Assembly (NCBI GenBank): GCA_002269645.1
Contig: NIVC01000368.1
Span: 124,001-188,000 of the forward strand
Source: Macrostomum lignano
Taxonomy: Eukaryota
DNA length: 64,000 nt
Direction of reading: 5' to 3'
Shown piece after piece: positions 1-11,249 of the stretch. Made by a program: the position numbers and the translations under genes. The notes below the pieces were generated by a model, which made no database searches, had not been told where the DNA came from, and was given only the letters and a program-made list of their open reading frames with translations. Within the stretch, counting starts at the first letter, position 1. Every line of letters starts with the position of its first letter.

Positions 1-420
1 GCCAGGGAGGGCAGCAGATCCGACGGCCTCTGCAGCCATGCAAGTCTCCCACTCGCGCAGCGCAGCTTCTGCGGCAGCAGCAAGATTTACAATCACATGC
101 ATGCCGCAGAACAGTGCAGTCACAGGTGGAGGTGGGTTCACGCCTTGCTGGGTTGCCAGCTCCTGCCGCATCTCGTTGAGCAGTACGTTGAGGCACTTGT
201 TGACCACGTGTCGGTCAGTCATTAGGAAGTTGACGCGTGCCAGTAGATTACACTTCAGGCGGCGTCTCTCTTCGTCGCTCGAGTGGGCAAGAACTACCGA
301 GCAAAACAGATCGACCAGCTCTTCCACCGAGTAGTCCAGTTCGCGGGCGTAGATGTTCGCGGTGCCACCCTCGACCTCGCGAAGAGAAACAGCCATCGGG
401 CGGCTGTCCCCAGTGTCAAC
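1..420 (-). CDS. DDE-type transposase-like protein, exon 2 (continues off the left edge)
   Basis: Acceptor CCATTCATAG| at 421-422, then an open frame to base 1: VDTGDSRPMAVSLREVEGGTA...NFLMTDRHVVNK...LFCGMHVIVNLA. It contains a second acidic catalytic-like motif (TDR) and a CxxH motif. In phase (0) with the donor at 595. Confidence 0.75.
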
Positions 421-595
421 CTATGAATGGTGCATATGTAATACAAAGCATATTGTGAATATAAAAGTTCATTCTTATTAACTAAAAGTTCTCTTTTTGT
501 GAATATTAATAATAATAATTAATTATTAAATTCATTTCCTTCCTTTAAGTCCAATTATTTGTCAATATGCACGAAAATGCATTACTCAAGTTTAC

Positions 596-1813
596 CTGGT
601 AGGCGGCATAGTGTCGGCCCTTCTTGCTGGTAGCATCATGCAAGATCGTTATTGGTCGGTCCTCCTTTGCCCCCTGATGCAGCAGCTTCTCCATCGCGCT
701 CGCCTTAGCTAGGCAGCTGCCAAGGCTGTAGCTCAAAGCACTGACCTGCGAACGCGACGGAAGCGCCAAGTTGCCGGCGTCGATGCCAACGAGGTCCGTG
801 AGGACGCGTCGAATCGCTGGCTTGACGTGCTGCACAGGGACGTGGCAGTCCAGCACCAAGTGCATACAGGTGCTGATGACCTGGTTCGTGTACTGCTGTC
901 CTCCACTCGGACGTGATGTCTTGGTGATGATGGAGCCCACACTCTGCTGTTGAAGCTTCTCGTTTGCTTCACAGATGAGGCCGTGCAAACTGCGGGTATC
1001 GGCTCTGAGCTCCTTCACTCTCTCAGTGGCGAGCTGACTTGACTTGCTACGGCTGTTGGCACGCCTCAAGCGCAGGTCACGCCTACGGCTGGCAGATGAT
1101 GCAAAGGCCTGCCGCTTGGCATGCTCAGCACGCAGCTTGTCGTATCTGCCTTGTAGCCGTCTGAGACGCTGATTCCAGACGCGAATTTCAGGCCGCTTGG
1201 CTAGCTTAGCCCTCAGTCGCCGGACTTCAGCTTTCTGCTCGGCCAGGGCGGCCTTCAGCTGCGCAACTTTGGCTTTGGCCTTGTGAACTCGCAGATCAAC
1301 AATGGCTGCCTCGATGCCGATCTTCTCTTCGACAGAGACACTCATGCCAGACTGCTTCGATTGGTCAAGCCTTGCTGGAGTCGGTGAGTTCGAGGCCATT
1401 GGCATTGGTGATGTTGACAAAGGCACAATCGGCATTGCCATTGGGTTCAACAGCTGTTGCAATGCCGCTGGAGGTTCGAATTCTCGTGCCAAATGGGCCT
1501 CATATGTCGAGATGCCATCACCAGACGCAGCCTCACGAGTGTGACTCTTCAGCAGAATTTGGGCTTCTCTCTCTAAATCCTTAATCCTTTTCAGGAGTGC
1601 CTTCTTCAGATTGTCAGAGACAAACTCCATCAAGTGAGAAGGTAGCCCAACCAGTTTCAGAATCGGCTGGGCCTTGTCAAGTCCTGTATGGGCCTGGCTG
1701 CTGGACTTGAGATGAGTAATCACCTGGCCATTGGTGACTGGGCGAATGGATGATCTGGACCTGCCACGAAGCCGAAGGTTGGGCTTGGTCTTGGGTGTGG
1801 AGGATGTGGCCAT
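596..1813 (-). CDS. DDE-type transposase-like protein, exon 1 (coiled-coil N-terminus, first catalytic Asp in TILHDATSK)
   Basis: 422-aa ORF with GC-rich coding-like composition. Donor AAYQ|GTAAAC at 595 opens a 175-bp AT-rich intron (421-595). Motif LPS...TILHDATSKKG resembles the first RNase H-fold strand of DDE transposases. Confidence 0.75.
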
Positions 1814-2905
1814 AGATAGTATTGTTTAGTCAGTCAGTACTCCAGTAGTCTACTCCAGTGGCAGCTGGAATGGTAACATATTGATTGACTTACTGAGTTA
1901 CTCAGGTGATTCAGTGCCAAATAAGTATGAATATGTCTCATTATCAATAATGAGACATATAATTTATGTCTCAGTTATCAATAGTTTATAATATATTTGT
2001 AATATTTATAATAATATAAATAAACTTATAATATATTATTTATTATGATACATTTAATTTTAATTTATAATAATATAATAAATATAATTTATTATGTTTT
2101 TTAAATTTAGTATAATAAATTTATAATAATTTATCAATAAAATCAAATTGTAGCTTTAAAAAGCATATGTATTGCCCCCGTGACCACACACAGTTATCAT
2201 TTTTCCTATACTTAGTGCAAAATAACTTAAGAAGAAAGGACACCACTGACTTGCCTTGTACATAGCAAGCAAGGCAAGAAAAAAAGCAAAAAAATGACAC
2301 CAAGAACAGCAAAATTGGTAATACAAAACGAAAGTTCTTGCTGGTCAACCACGAAAAAAACAAATATTTTGGAAAAAATGATCACAGCCCATAATGCAAA
2401 TATCCCATAAGAGAATCCGCAAAAAATGGTCACTAAAATGGCCACAACTTTCTTATTCCTTTACCAAATCTAATAATATAATACTTTTTGCAAACAAGAA
2501 AGTAAGATCTATCAGATAAGCATAAAAAATCTGTCAGACTTTTAACTTTCAAAATCTCACTGGAGTCCCTACTATTGCTTATTACATAGGTTACACTTTA
2601 TAATTATGCAGTTTTTAGTGGCATACACTTACTAGATAGCCAACTACTTTCCTGCATATGTGTAACACAACCCACAATATGGGCTAGCTACAAATTAATA
2701 CAGGGTATTTATAGATAAAAGAGAAGCTATAGATAATATATCGATTCACAAGAATTGGTATAATATTATATAAATTTAATAAGGTCTATTAAATCTTTTG
2801 ATTTTAAAAAATAATAATTTTAAATTATAACAATTTTAAATAATAAGGCTTTATTTAATTTATGTTTTTAAGACTCAATTTAAATGATTATTTTTTTCAT
2901 TTTAG

Positions 2906-2979
2906 TTACATTTTCAAGAAGATCAGATGAATTTTTAATTAACAATACTGTGCCAGCAAAAATAGTAGAAAGAAAAGAG
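2906..2979 (+). CDS. Putative upstream exon of the Macro-RING-DTC gene
   Basis: TTTTAG| acceptor and GAG|GTAAAA donor; open frame xTFSRRSDEFLINNTVPAKIVERKE ends in phase 0, matching the acceptor at 3053. The true 5' end of the gene was not determined. Confidence 0.45.
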
Positions 2980-3053
2980 GTAAAAAAATGACCTTAAATA
3001 TCCTTATTTTGTTCTAATGTCTAAAATGTGTTTTCTATTATCTTCTATTTTAG

Positions 3054-3351
3054 GAGCCTGACTTGCCTCCAACCACATCTGGCCAGGTTAAACTGCCTAG
3101 AAAATTCACTGAGCAAGAACTGGCACCAATCAAAGTTGATCTAGATGAGCAATATCAAGTTGAAATGCAGTTAACAGAACCAAAGTTGGCAATGCTTCAT
3201 GCTTGCCATCCAGAAGTGGTGAGCTGTGCTCAGTCAGCTTTAAGAAAATGGGCCTCTGAGCAGCCAACGTCCACAGCGAGCCGAGCCTCTTCTGTCATCA
3301 GCTCTACTAGTCGTTCAAGAAGGCCTCTATTTCCAGACATAGTTTCTCAGG
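3054..3351 (+). CDS. Macro-RING-DTC (Deltex-family E3 ligase) gene, exon
   Basis: TATTTTAG| acceptor, G|GTAACT donor (phase 1); open frame EPDLPPTTSGQ...DIVSQ; phase matches the next exon. Confidence 0.7.
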
Positions 3352-3440
3352 GTAACTAACTACTAGTTGTGGTTTTTTAAAGCATACATTGGAAACAATT
3401 CGAATATGTTGCCTAAATAAAAATATTTCACTTATTTCAG

Positions 3441-3658
3441 ATGTCCCAGCTGTAGAAGGCGCTTGCGCTGTTGTACCTGTGGACACTCAGTACCTTCGCG
3501 ATCTGGGCCCATACGATTTTGAGCTGGCATTGAACGATCGATGCTCACTGCGAGTTGAGCCGCGCGATATCACAACTTTGCAGTGCGACGCGCTGATTGT
3601 GACCACTAGCTGTGCTCTGTCACTTAACTTTGGCCTGGCCCGGGTTGTGGCTGCCAAG
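3441..3658 (+). CDS. Macro-RING-DTC gene, exon with the N-terminal half of a Macro domain
   Basis: TTTCAG| acceptor (phase 1) and AAG|GTGAAA donor (phase 0). Encodes LRVEPRDITTLQCDALIVTTSCALSLNFGLARVVAAK, the macrodomain (G)DIT...DaIV...L...G signature, PARP9/PARP14-like. Confidence 0.8.
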
Positions 3659-3748
3659 GTGAAACGCTTGATTTCTTTATTAATTAGGACTTAACTATTG
3701 AGTTTTAATTGCAGAGATATCACGATTGTGATCTTTGAGATTCTAAAT

Positions 3749-6700
3749 GGTCTCTTAGACACTCGATTATCTATAGGTGAGATTGGAGCTACGGGTCTCT
3801 TAGACACTCGATTATTATCTATAGGGGAGATTGGAGCTACGGGTCTCATAGACACTCGATTATCTATAGGTGAGATTGGAGCTACGGGTCTCATAGACAC
3901 TCGATTATCTAGGGGTGAGATTGGAGCTACGGGTCTCATAGACACTCGATTATCTATAGGTGAGATTGGAGCTACGGGTCTCATAGACACTCGATTATCT
4001 ATAGGTGAGATTGGAGCTACGGGTCTCATAGACACTCGATTATCTATGGGTGAGATTGGAGTTGCGGGTCTCATAGACACTCGATTATCTATGGGTGAGA
4101 TTGGAGTTGCGGGTCTCATAGACACTCGATTATCTATAGGTGAGATTGGAGCTACGGGTCTCTTAGACACTCGATTATTATCTATAGGGGAGATTGGAGC
4201 TACGGGTCTCATAGACACTCGATTATCTATGGGTGAGATTGGAGTTGCGGGTCTCATAGACACTCGATTATCTATAGGTGAGATTGGAGCTACGGGTCTC
4301 TTAGACACTCGATTATTATCTATAGGGGAGATTGGAGCTACGGGTCTCATAGACACTCGATTATCTATAGGTGAGATTGGAGTTACGGGTCTCATAGACA
4401 CTCGATTATCTATGGGTGAGATTGGAGCTACGGGTCTCATAGACACTCGATTATCTATAGGTGAGATTGGAGCTACGGGTCTCATAGACACTCGATTATC
4501 TATAGGTGAGATTGGAGCTACGGGTCTCATAGACACTCGATTATCTATAGGTGAGATTGGAGCTACGGGTCTCATAGACACTCGATTATCTAGGGGTGAG
4601 ATTGGAGCTACGGGTCTCATAGACACTCGATTATCTATAGGTGAGATTGGAGCTACGGGTCTCATAGACACGATCGATTATCTATAGGTGAGATTGGAGC
4701 TACGGGTCTCATAGACACTCGATTATCTATAGGTGAGATTGGAGCTACGGGTCTCATAGACACTCGATTATCTAGGGGTGAGATTGGAGTTGCGGGTCTC
4801 ATAGACACTCGATTATCTATAGGTGAGATTGGAGCTACGGGTCTCATAGACACGATCGATTATCTATAGGTGAGATTGGAGCTACGGGTCTCATAGACAC
4901 TCGATTATCTATAGGTGAGATTGGAGCTACGGGTCTCATAGACACTCGATTATCTATAGGTGAGATTGGAGCTACGGGTCTCATAGACACTCGATTATCT
5001 ATAGGTGAGATTGGAGCTACGGGTCTCATAGACACTCGATTATCTATAGGTGAGATTGGAGCTACGGGTCTCATAGACACTCGATTATCTTTAGGTGAGA
5101 TTGGAGCTACGGGTCTCATAGACACTCGATTATTTATAGGTGAGATTGGAGCTACGGGTCTCATAGACACTCGATTATCTAGGGGTGAGATTGGAGCTAC
5201 GGGTCTCATAGACACTCGATTATCTATAGGTGAGATTGGAGCTACGGGTCTCATAGACACTCGATTATCTAGGGGTGAGATTGGAGCTACGGGTCTCATA
5301 GACACTCGATTATCTATAGGTGAGATTGGAGTTACGGGTCTCATAGACACTCGATTATCTAGGGGTGAGATTGGAGCTACGGGTCTCATAGACACTCGAT
5401 TATCTATAGGTGAGATTGGAGCTACGGGTCTCATAGACACTCGATTATCTAGGGGTGAGATTGGAGCTACGGGTCTCATAGACACTCGATTATCTAGGGG
5501 TGAGATTGGAGTTACAGGTCTCATAGACACTCGATTATCTATAGGTGAGATTGGAGCTACGGGTCTCATAGACACTCGATTATCTATAGGTGAGATTGGA
5601 GCTACGGGTCTCATAGACACTCGATTATCTATAGGTGAGATTGGAGCTACGGGTCTCATAGACACTCGATTATCTATGGGTGAGATTGGAGTTGCGGGTC
5701 TCATAGACACTCGATTATCTATAGGTGAGATTGGAGTTACGGGTCTCATAGACACTCGATTATCTATAGGTGAGATTGGAGCTGTGGGTCTTTCAGACAC
5801 TCGATTATCTAGGGGTGAGATTGGAGCTACGGGTCTCATAGACACTCGATTATCTATAGGTGAGATTGGAGCTACGGGTCTCATAGACACTCGATTATCT
5901 AGGGGTGAGATTGGAGCTACGGGTCTCATAGACACTCGATTATCTATAGGTGAGATTGGAGCTACGGGTCTCATAGACACTCGATTATCTAGGGGTGAGA
6001 TTGGAGCTACGGGTCTCATAGACACTCGATTATCTATAGGTGAGATTGGAGCTACGGGTCTCATAGACACTCGATTATCTATAGGTGAGATGGGAGCTAC
6101 GGGTCTCATAGACACTCGATTATCTATAGGTGAGATGGGAGCTACGGGTCTCATAGACACTCGATTATCTATAGGTGAGATTGGAGCTACGGGTCTCATA
6201 GACACTCGATTATCTATGGGTGAGATTGGAGTTACGGGTCTCATAGACACTCGATTATCTATAGGTGAGATTGGAGCTACGGGTCTCATAGACACTCGAT
6301 TATCTATAGGTGAGATTGGAGCTACGGGTCTCATAGACACTCGATTATCTATAGGTGAGATTGGAGTTGCGGGTCTCATAGACACTCGATTATCTAGGGG
6401 TGAGATTGGAGCTACGGGTCTCATAGACACTCGATTATCTAGGGGTGAGATTGGAGCTACGGGTCTCATAGACACTCGATTATCTATAGGTGAGATTGGA
6501 GCTACGGGTCTCATAGACACTCGATTATCTATAGGTGAGATTGGAGCTACGGGTCTCATAGACACTCGATTATCTATAGGTGAGATTGGAGCTACGGGTC
6601 TCATAGACACTCGATTATCTATAGGTGAGATTGGAGCTACGGGTCTCATAGACACTCGATTATCTATAGGTGAGATTGGAGCTACGGGTCTCATAGACAC

Positions 6701-7053
6701 TCGATTATCTAGGGGTGAGATTGGAGCTACGGGTCTCATAGACACTCGATTATCTATAGGTGAGATTGGAGTTACGGGTCTCATAGACACTCGATTATCT
6801 AGGGGTGAGATTGGAGCTACGGGTCTCATAGACACTCGATTATCTATAGGTGAGATTGGAGTTACGGGTCTCATAGACACTCGATTATCTAGGGGTGAGA
6901 TTGGAGCTACGGGTCTCATAGACACTCGATTATCTAGGGGTGAGATTGGAGCTACGGGTCTCATAGACACTCGATTATCTATAGGTGAGATTGGAGCTAC
7001 GGGTCTCATAGACACTCGATTATCTATGGGTGAGATTGGAGCTACGGGTCTCA
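3749..7053. repeat. 45-bp minisatellite (~73 copies) filling an intron of the Macro-RING-DTC gene
   Basis: Unit ACACTCGATTATCTATAGGTGAGATTGGAGCTACGGGTCTCATAG with point variants; the source of the 326-793 aa repetitive ORFs on both strands. Confidence 0.98.
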
Positions 7054-7826
7054 AACATAGTTGAGTGCCGCTCCCCCACCCCGCAGTCGGGTCAGCAGAA
7101 GTTGCTGCGCCTGTGTCGGGAGGCGCTTCAAGGTCAGAACTTGAAGTTCGGCGATACTCGGCTTGTGACCTTGCCTCCGGGCTCGCAGCTGCCAGCTCGT
7201 CACATCCTGTTCCTAGCGCTACCAAACGATAGTCGACTGGAGCAGACTATTGATCACAATGCGTTCAAAGAAGTTATGAAAGATGTTATAAATGCTCTGC
7301 TGAGCACTCTTTCTCAGCTCTCAACTGAACTCGGCATTCAAGTGGTTGGAATGACACCGATCGGAGCCAGTTTGCCCTATTGGACAGATCGGTCCGAAGA
7401 TTTTGCTCACGTACTGGCCGAAGCGTTTCATTCTGCCGGCAGCAGGAATCGAACCGGCGACCTTCGCCGATTGTGCATCTGTGATCTAGGCTTGGAGACT
7501 CTGGCCACTCTCGGTCGAGTTTTAGAGGCCAGATTTGGCGCTCAACTGCCCAGAGTGCTGCCGCCGCCGTCGCGGAATCTTTTGGTAGAAGGTCGCGAGT
7601 TCGCGTCGCGTCCTAACAATACAGCAGCAGCAGCGGCGGCGGTTTCTTTACACGCGGATGATGAGGAATTTGGCGCAGACTGCGAACTGTGCTGCGAGCC
7701 GCTGTCTATGGCCAAACCTGCTGCCGCTTTTCATTGCAATCGTGGCCAATTGTGCGTCACGTGCGTGCGCAAACTGAACGACCCGACTGCGCCTGGCAAT
7801 GGACTGTGCCCGCTGTGCATGCACAG
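7012..7826 (+). CDS. Macro-RING-DTC gene, exon with the C-terminal half of the Macro domain plus the RING finger
   Basis: Macro-like GDTRLVTLPPGSQLPARHILFLALP and GIQVVGMTPIG...LRRLCICD. RING-like CELC...HCNRGQLCVTC...CPLC. Donor CACAG|GTACC at 7827 (phase 2). The 5' boundary is inferred: the only nearby phase-0, stop-free acceptor found is CTCATAG|ACA at 7011. Confidence 0.85.
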
Positions 7827-7981
7827 GTACCATGATTGTTACATTGTTAATACACTGTTATTCTGAATTATTATCGTAATTTGCCTATATTTCTACTATC
7901 AGTAGAGTATCAAATAAACGTGCATTATATTATTGTAGACGTGTAATATTCTACTAGTCCTACTGTAAGTATAGTATCAAA

Positions 7982-8220
7982 GGGCTTGTAGCATAGTGGT
8001 TCGAGCGTTGGACTTACCACTGAAAGGTCGGTGGTTCGATTCTCGACCAAGTCGGAAAAAAAATTTGTGTCCTTAAGCAAGACACTCAACTCTGCATTGC
8101 TTCAGTTCACCCAGCTGTAAAATGGGTGCCAGCATTAGCTGGGGTAATTGAGGGTGTGTGGCGACCCCCAGACCTTGGCCTGAACAGCCGTACGCAGCCT
8201 TCAGATGCGGTGCTCATCTT
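7982..8220 (+). mobile_element. tRNA-derived SINE with CORE-like central domain, copy 1 (intronic)
   Basis: A-box-like TAGCATAGTGG and B-box GGTTCGATTC, then TGTGTCCTTAAGCAAGACACT...CTTCAGTT...CTGTAAAATGGG resembling the CORE/MIR consensus. Highly similar second copy at about 15505. Confidence 0.8.
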
Positions 8221-8404
8221 GTAATTTATCGATTGTAAAGTTTGTTTTCTACCAGAGTATTTCTTGGCAGTTCAGCCTAGAGTCTAAAAGTACAAATTTG
8301 CTTCATTTTAGTGGTATTTTAGCCTACTTAAATTTGATTTGGATTTAAACATATTCTAAATTCCTTTATTGAATATTAGACAACGCCACTTGACCTAAAC
8401 ACAG

Positions 8405-8755
8405 ATACAGAGCAGCAGTTGGCAGTCAGCCAGCCAATGGAACCATGACAGTCACCAAAGAGGCCTTGAGTCTGCCTGGTCATCCCGGATACGCAACTCA
8501 AGTAGTCACGTACACTTTCGGTCCGGGTGTTCAAGGACGCGAGCACCCGAATCCCGGCCTGCCATATCGAGGCGTATCTCGAGTCACTTATTTTCCCGAC
8601 TCGCCAGAAGGTCGGGCGATTGTTGAACGACTTCAAGCAGCCTTTCGTGGTCGGGCGGTGTTTACTATTGGCACCAGTGCGACTACTGGCATGGATAATA
8701 CTATCACGTGGGCCACTGTGCATCACAAGACTCGCATCGATGGAGGACCTGAAGG
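8405..8755 (+). CDS. Macro-RING-DTC gene, exon encoding the Deltex C-terminal (DTC) domain
   Basis: ACACAG| acceptor (phase 2). GSQPANGTM...LPGHPG...HPNPG.PY.G..R..YFPD..EG...AF....FTIG.S.TTG....ITW..VHHKT...GG are classic DTC motifs. Donor GG|GTAAG. Confidence 0.92.
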
Positions 8756-8760
8756 GTAAG

Positions 8761-10181
8761 CTGACGCCCCCCTCTGTAGCTGGCGCCCCCCCCCTCTGTA
8801 GCTGGCGCCCCCTCTGTAGCTGGCGCCCCCCTCTGTAGCTGGCGCCCCCCCTCTGTAGCTGGCGCCCCCTCTGTAGCTGGCGCCCCCTCTGTAGCTGGCG
8901 CCCCTTTGTAGCTGGCGCCCCCTCTGTAGCTGGCGCCCCCCTCTGTAGCTGGCGCCCCATCTGTAGCTGGCGCCCCCTCTGTAGCTGGCGCCCCTCTGTA
9001 GCTGGCGCCCCCTCTGTAGCTGGCGCCCCCCTCTGTAGCTGGCGCCCCATCTGTAGCTGGCGCCCCCTCTGTAGCTGGTGCCCCCTCTGTAGCTGGCGCC
9101 CCCTCTGTAGCTGGCGCCCTCTCTGTAGCTGGTGCCCCCTCTATAGCTGGCGCCCCCTCTATAGCTGGCGCCCCCTCTGTAGCTGGCGCCCCCTCTGTAG
9201 CTGGTGCCCCCTCTGTAGCTGGCGCCCCCTCTGTAGCTGGCGCCCTCTCTGTAGCTGGCGCCCCTCTATAGCTTGCGCCCCCCTCTGTAGCTGGCGCCCC
9301 ATCTGTAGCTGGCGCCCCCTCTGTAGCTGGTGCCCCCTCTGTAGCTGGCGCCCCCTCTGTAGCTGGCGCCCTCTCTGTAGCTGGTGCCCCCTCTATAGCT
9401 GGCGCCCCCTCTATAGCTGGCGCCCCCTCTGTAGCTGGCGCCCCCTCTGTAGCTGGCGCCCCCTCTGTAGCTGGCGCCCCTCTGTAGCTGGCGCCCCTCT
9501 GTAGCTGGCGCCCCCTCTGTAGCTCGCGCCCCCTCTGTAGCTGGCGCCCCCTCTGTAGCTGGCGCCCCTCTCTGTAGCTTGCGTCCCCCTCTGTAGCTGG
9601 CGCCCCATCTGTAGCTGGTGCCCCCTCTGTAGCTGGCGCCCCCCCCCTCTGTAGCTGGCGCCCCATCTGTAGCTGGTGCCCCCTCTGTAGCTGGCGCCCC
9701 CCCCCTCTGTAGCTGGCGCCCCATCTGTAGCTGGTGCCCCCTCTGTAGCTGGCGCCCCCCTCTGTAGCTGGCGCCCCCCCCCTCTGTAGCTGGCGCCCCT
9801 TCTGTAGCTGGCGCCCCCCCCTCTGTAGCTGGCGCCCCTTCTGTAGCTGGCGCCCCTCTCTGTAGCTGGCGCCCCATCTGTAGCTGGCGCCCCCCCCCTC
9901 TGTAGCTGACGCCCCTCTCTGTAGCTGGCGCCCCTCTCTGTAGCTGGCGCCCCATCTGTAGCTGGTGCCCCCTCTGTAGCTGACGCCCCTCTCTGTAGCT
10001 GGCGCCCCCCCCCTCTGTAGCTGACGCCCCTCTCTGTAGCTGGCGCCCCTCTCTGTAGCTGGCGCCCCTCTCTGTAGCTGGCGCCCCCTCTGTAGCTGGC
10101 GCCCCTCTCTGTAGCTGGGGCCCCCCTCTGTAGCTGGCGCCCCTCTCTGTAGCTGGCGCCCCTCTCTGTAGCTGGCGCCCC
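8761..10181. repeat. GC-rich ~18-20 bp minisatellite (CCCCCTCTGTAGCTGGCG) in the last intron of the Deltex-like gene
   Basis: Direct tandem array with variable C-run length, beginning about 5 bp after the splice donor. Confidence 0.97.
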
Positions 10182-10271
10182 TACACTTCTATATTGGTTG
10201 TTAAATTACTTGCAAGCATCAGCTAGTTTTTTATTTTAATTTTGACACCCTGAATTCGATATTTTCCGCAG

Positions 10272-10338
10272 GCATGGCTATCCTGACCCGACATATCTGA
10301 CGCGAATTGGCGAGGAACTGACGGCTCTTGGCTATTAA
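10272..10338 (+). CDS. Macro-RING-DTC gene, terminal exon
   Basis: TTTCCGCAG| acceptor in phase 2; encodes (G)HGYPDPTYLTRIGEELTALGY*, the conserved Deltex C-terminal GYPD.xYL.R...EL motif. Confidence 0.92.
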
Positions 10339-10861
10339 AATATTTAAATACTTTGTGGCTACCAGACTGACTGACTGTCCAGTCGTATTCTGCTTGCGAA
10401 ACTGATTATAATTCATCTTTTGTATCGTCCATAACGGTTATTTAAAAACGATTTAAACAAATCCAGCTTAAAGAATAATTATGCATTCACAGTGTTTGTA
10501 CTAATGAAATCAAAAAGAATGTTTCATTTATTTTATTCAGATATGAGAGAGAACTAATAATATTTTGTGAATCTGTTTCAAACAAACAAACACAAGAATA
10601 TCATATATTTTTGTTAATTTCTTCTTCTGTATGAAGTCATGCTTTTTTAAAGTTGAGAACTTTTTGAAAAACAATTTGGTGTTAATAATACACTCAGCAT
10701 CATTTTAAAGTTGATACACTCTGGCTTTGACCCACAGTGTTGAAACTTGAATATAGCGATATATTGTAATTTAATTTATTGTTTGTGTTGTTTAATTGTA
10801 ATTAATTAAATTCGCTAAATCAAAAAACTAGCAGCAAAATGTTCGCATCATACTACTGCTG

Positions 10862-11016
10862 CTACTGGCAGCGCCATTGAATAACGTAGAACACCAGCGA
10901 TTCAATGGTGAACACGCAGCTAACCGCCGCCATTAGAAAACTGTAGCCGCGGGCAACTCCGTCGGGTCTCACAGATGAAGGCTTCGCTAGAGCCAGCGCA
11001 GTCACCAGTGTCACGC
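10862..11016 (-). CDS. Claudin/PMP22-like tetraspan membrane protein, last exon (TM3 end, GYSF motif, TM4)
   Basis: TTAACTTCAG| acceptor, phase 1; (S)VTLVTALALAKPSSVRPDGVARGYSFLMAAVSCVFTIESLVFYVIQWRCQ*. 155 bp = 2 + 51 codons. Confidence 0.7.
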
Positions 11017-11249
11017 CTGAAGTTAAAGTACAGACACTACAAGTCTACTATATGAATTCAGTTAGATAATCTGAATATAAGTTGCGTGTATTGAAATTTA
11101 TTCACAGCTGTATTCAAATGTTTAATGAGAGCGTTTGTTCCCGATCCTATCAATACAGTTGTCTTCAAAAGCATTCTATAGTGAGAAAAAATATTAAGAC
11201 TCTGCCAAATTATGACGACTAATATTCAGCTTCTGGATTCGTGAAGACA

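Noticed and set aside
3691-7225. 326-793 aa ORFs on both strands (MRPVAPISPIDNRVS / IGEIGATGLIDTRLS repeats)
   Set aside because: The 45-bp unit is a multiple of 3 and stop-free in one frame per strand. The array lies inside an intron defined by the split macrodomain.
7982-8055. tRNA gene
   Set aside because: A and B boxes are present but there is no proper acceptor stem, and the sequence continues into a body shared with a second copy, so it is a SINE head.
8376-9955. Minus-strand GAPATE/RGRQLQ ORFs
   Set aside because: Translations of the GC-rich minisatellite, antisense to the Deltex DTC exon.
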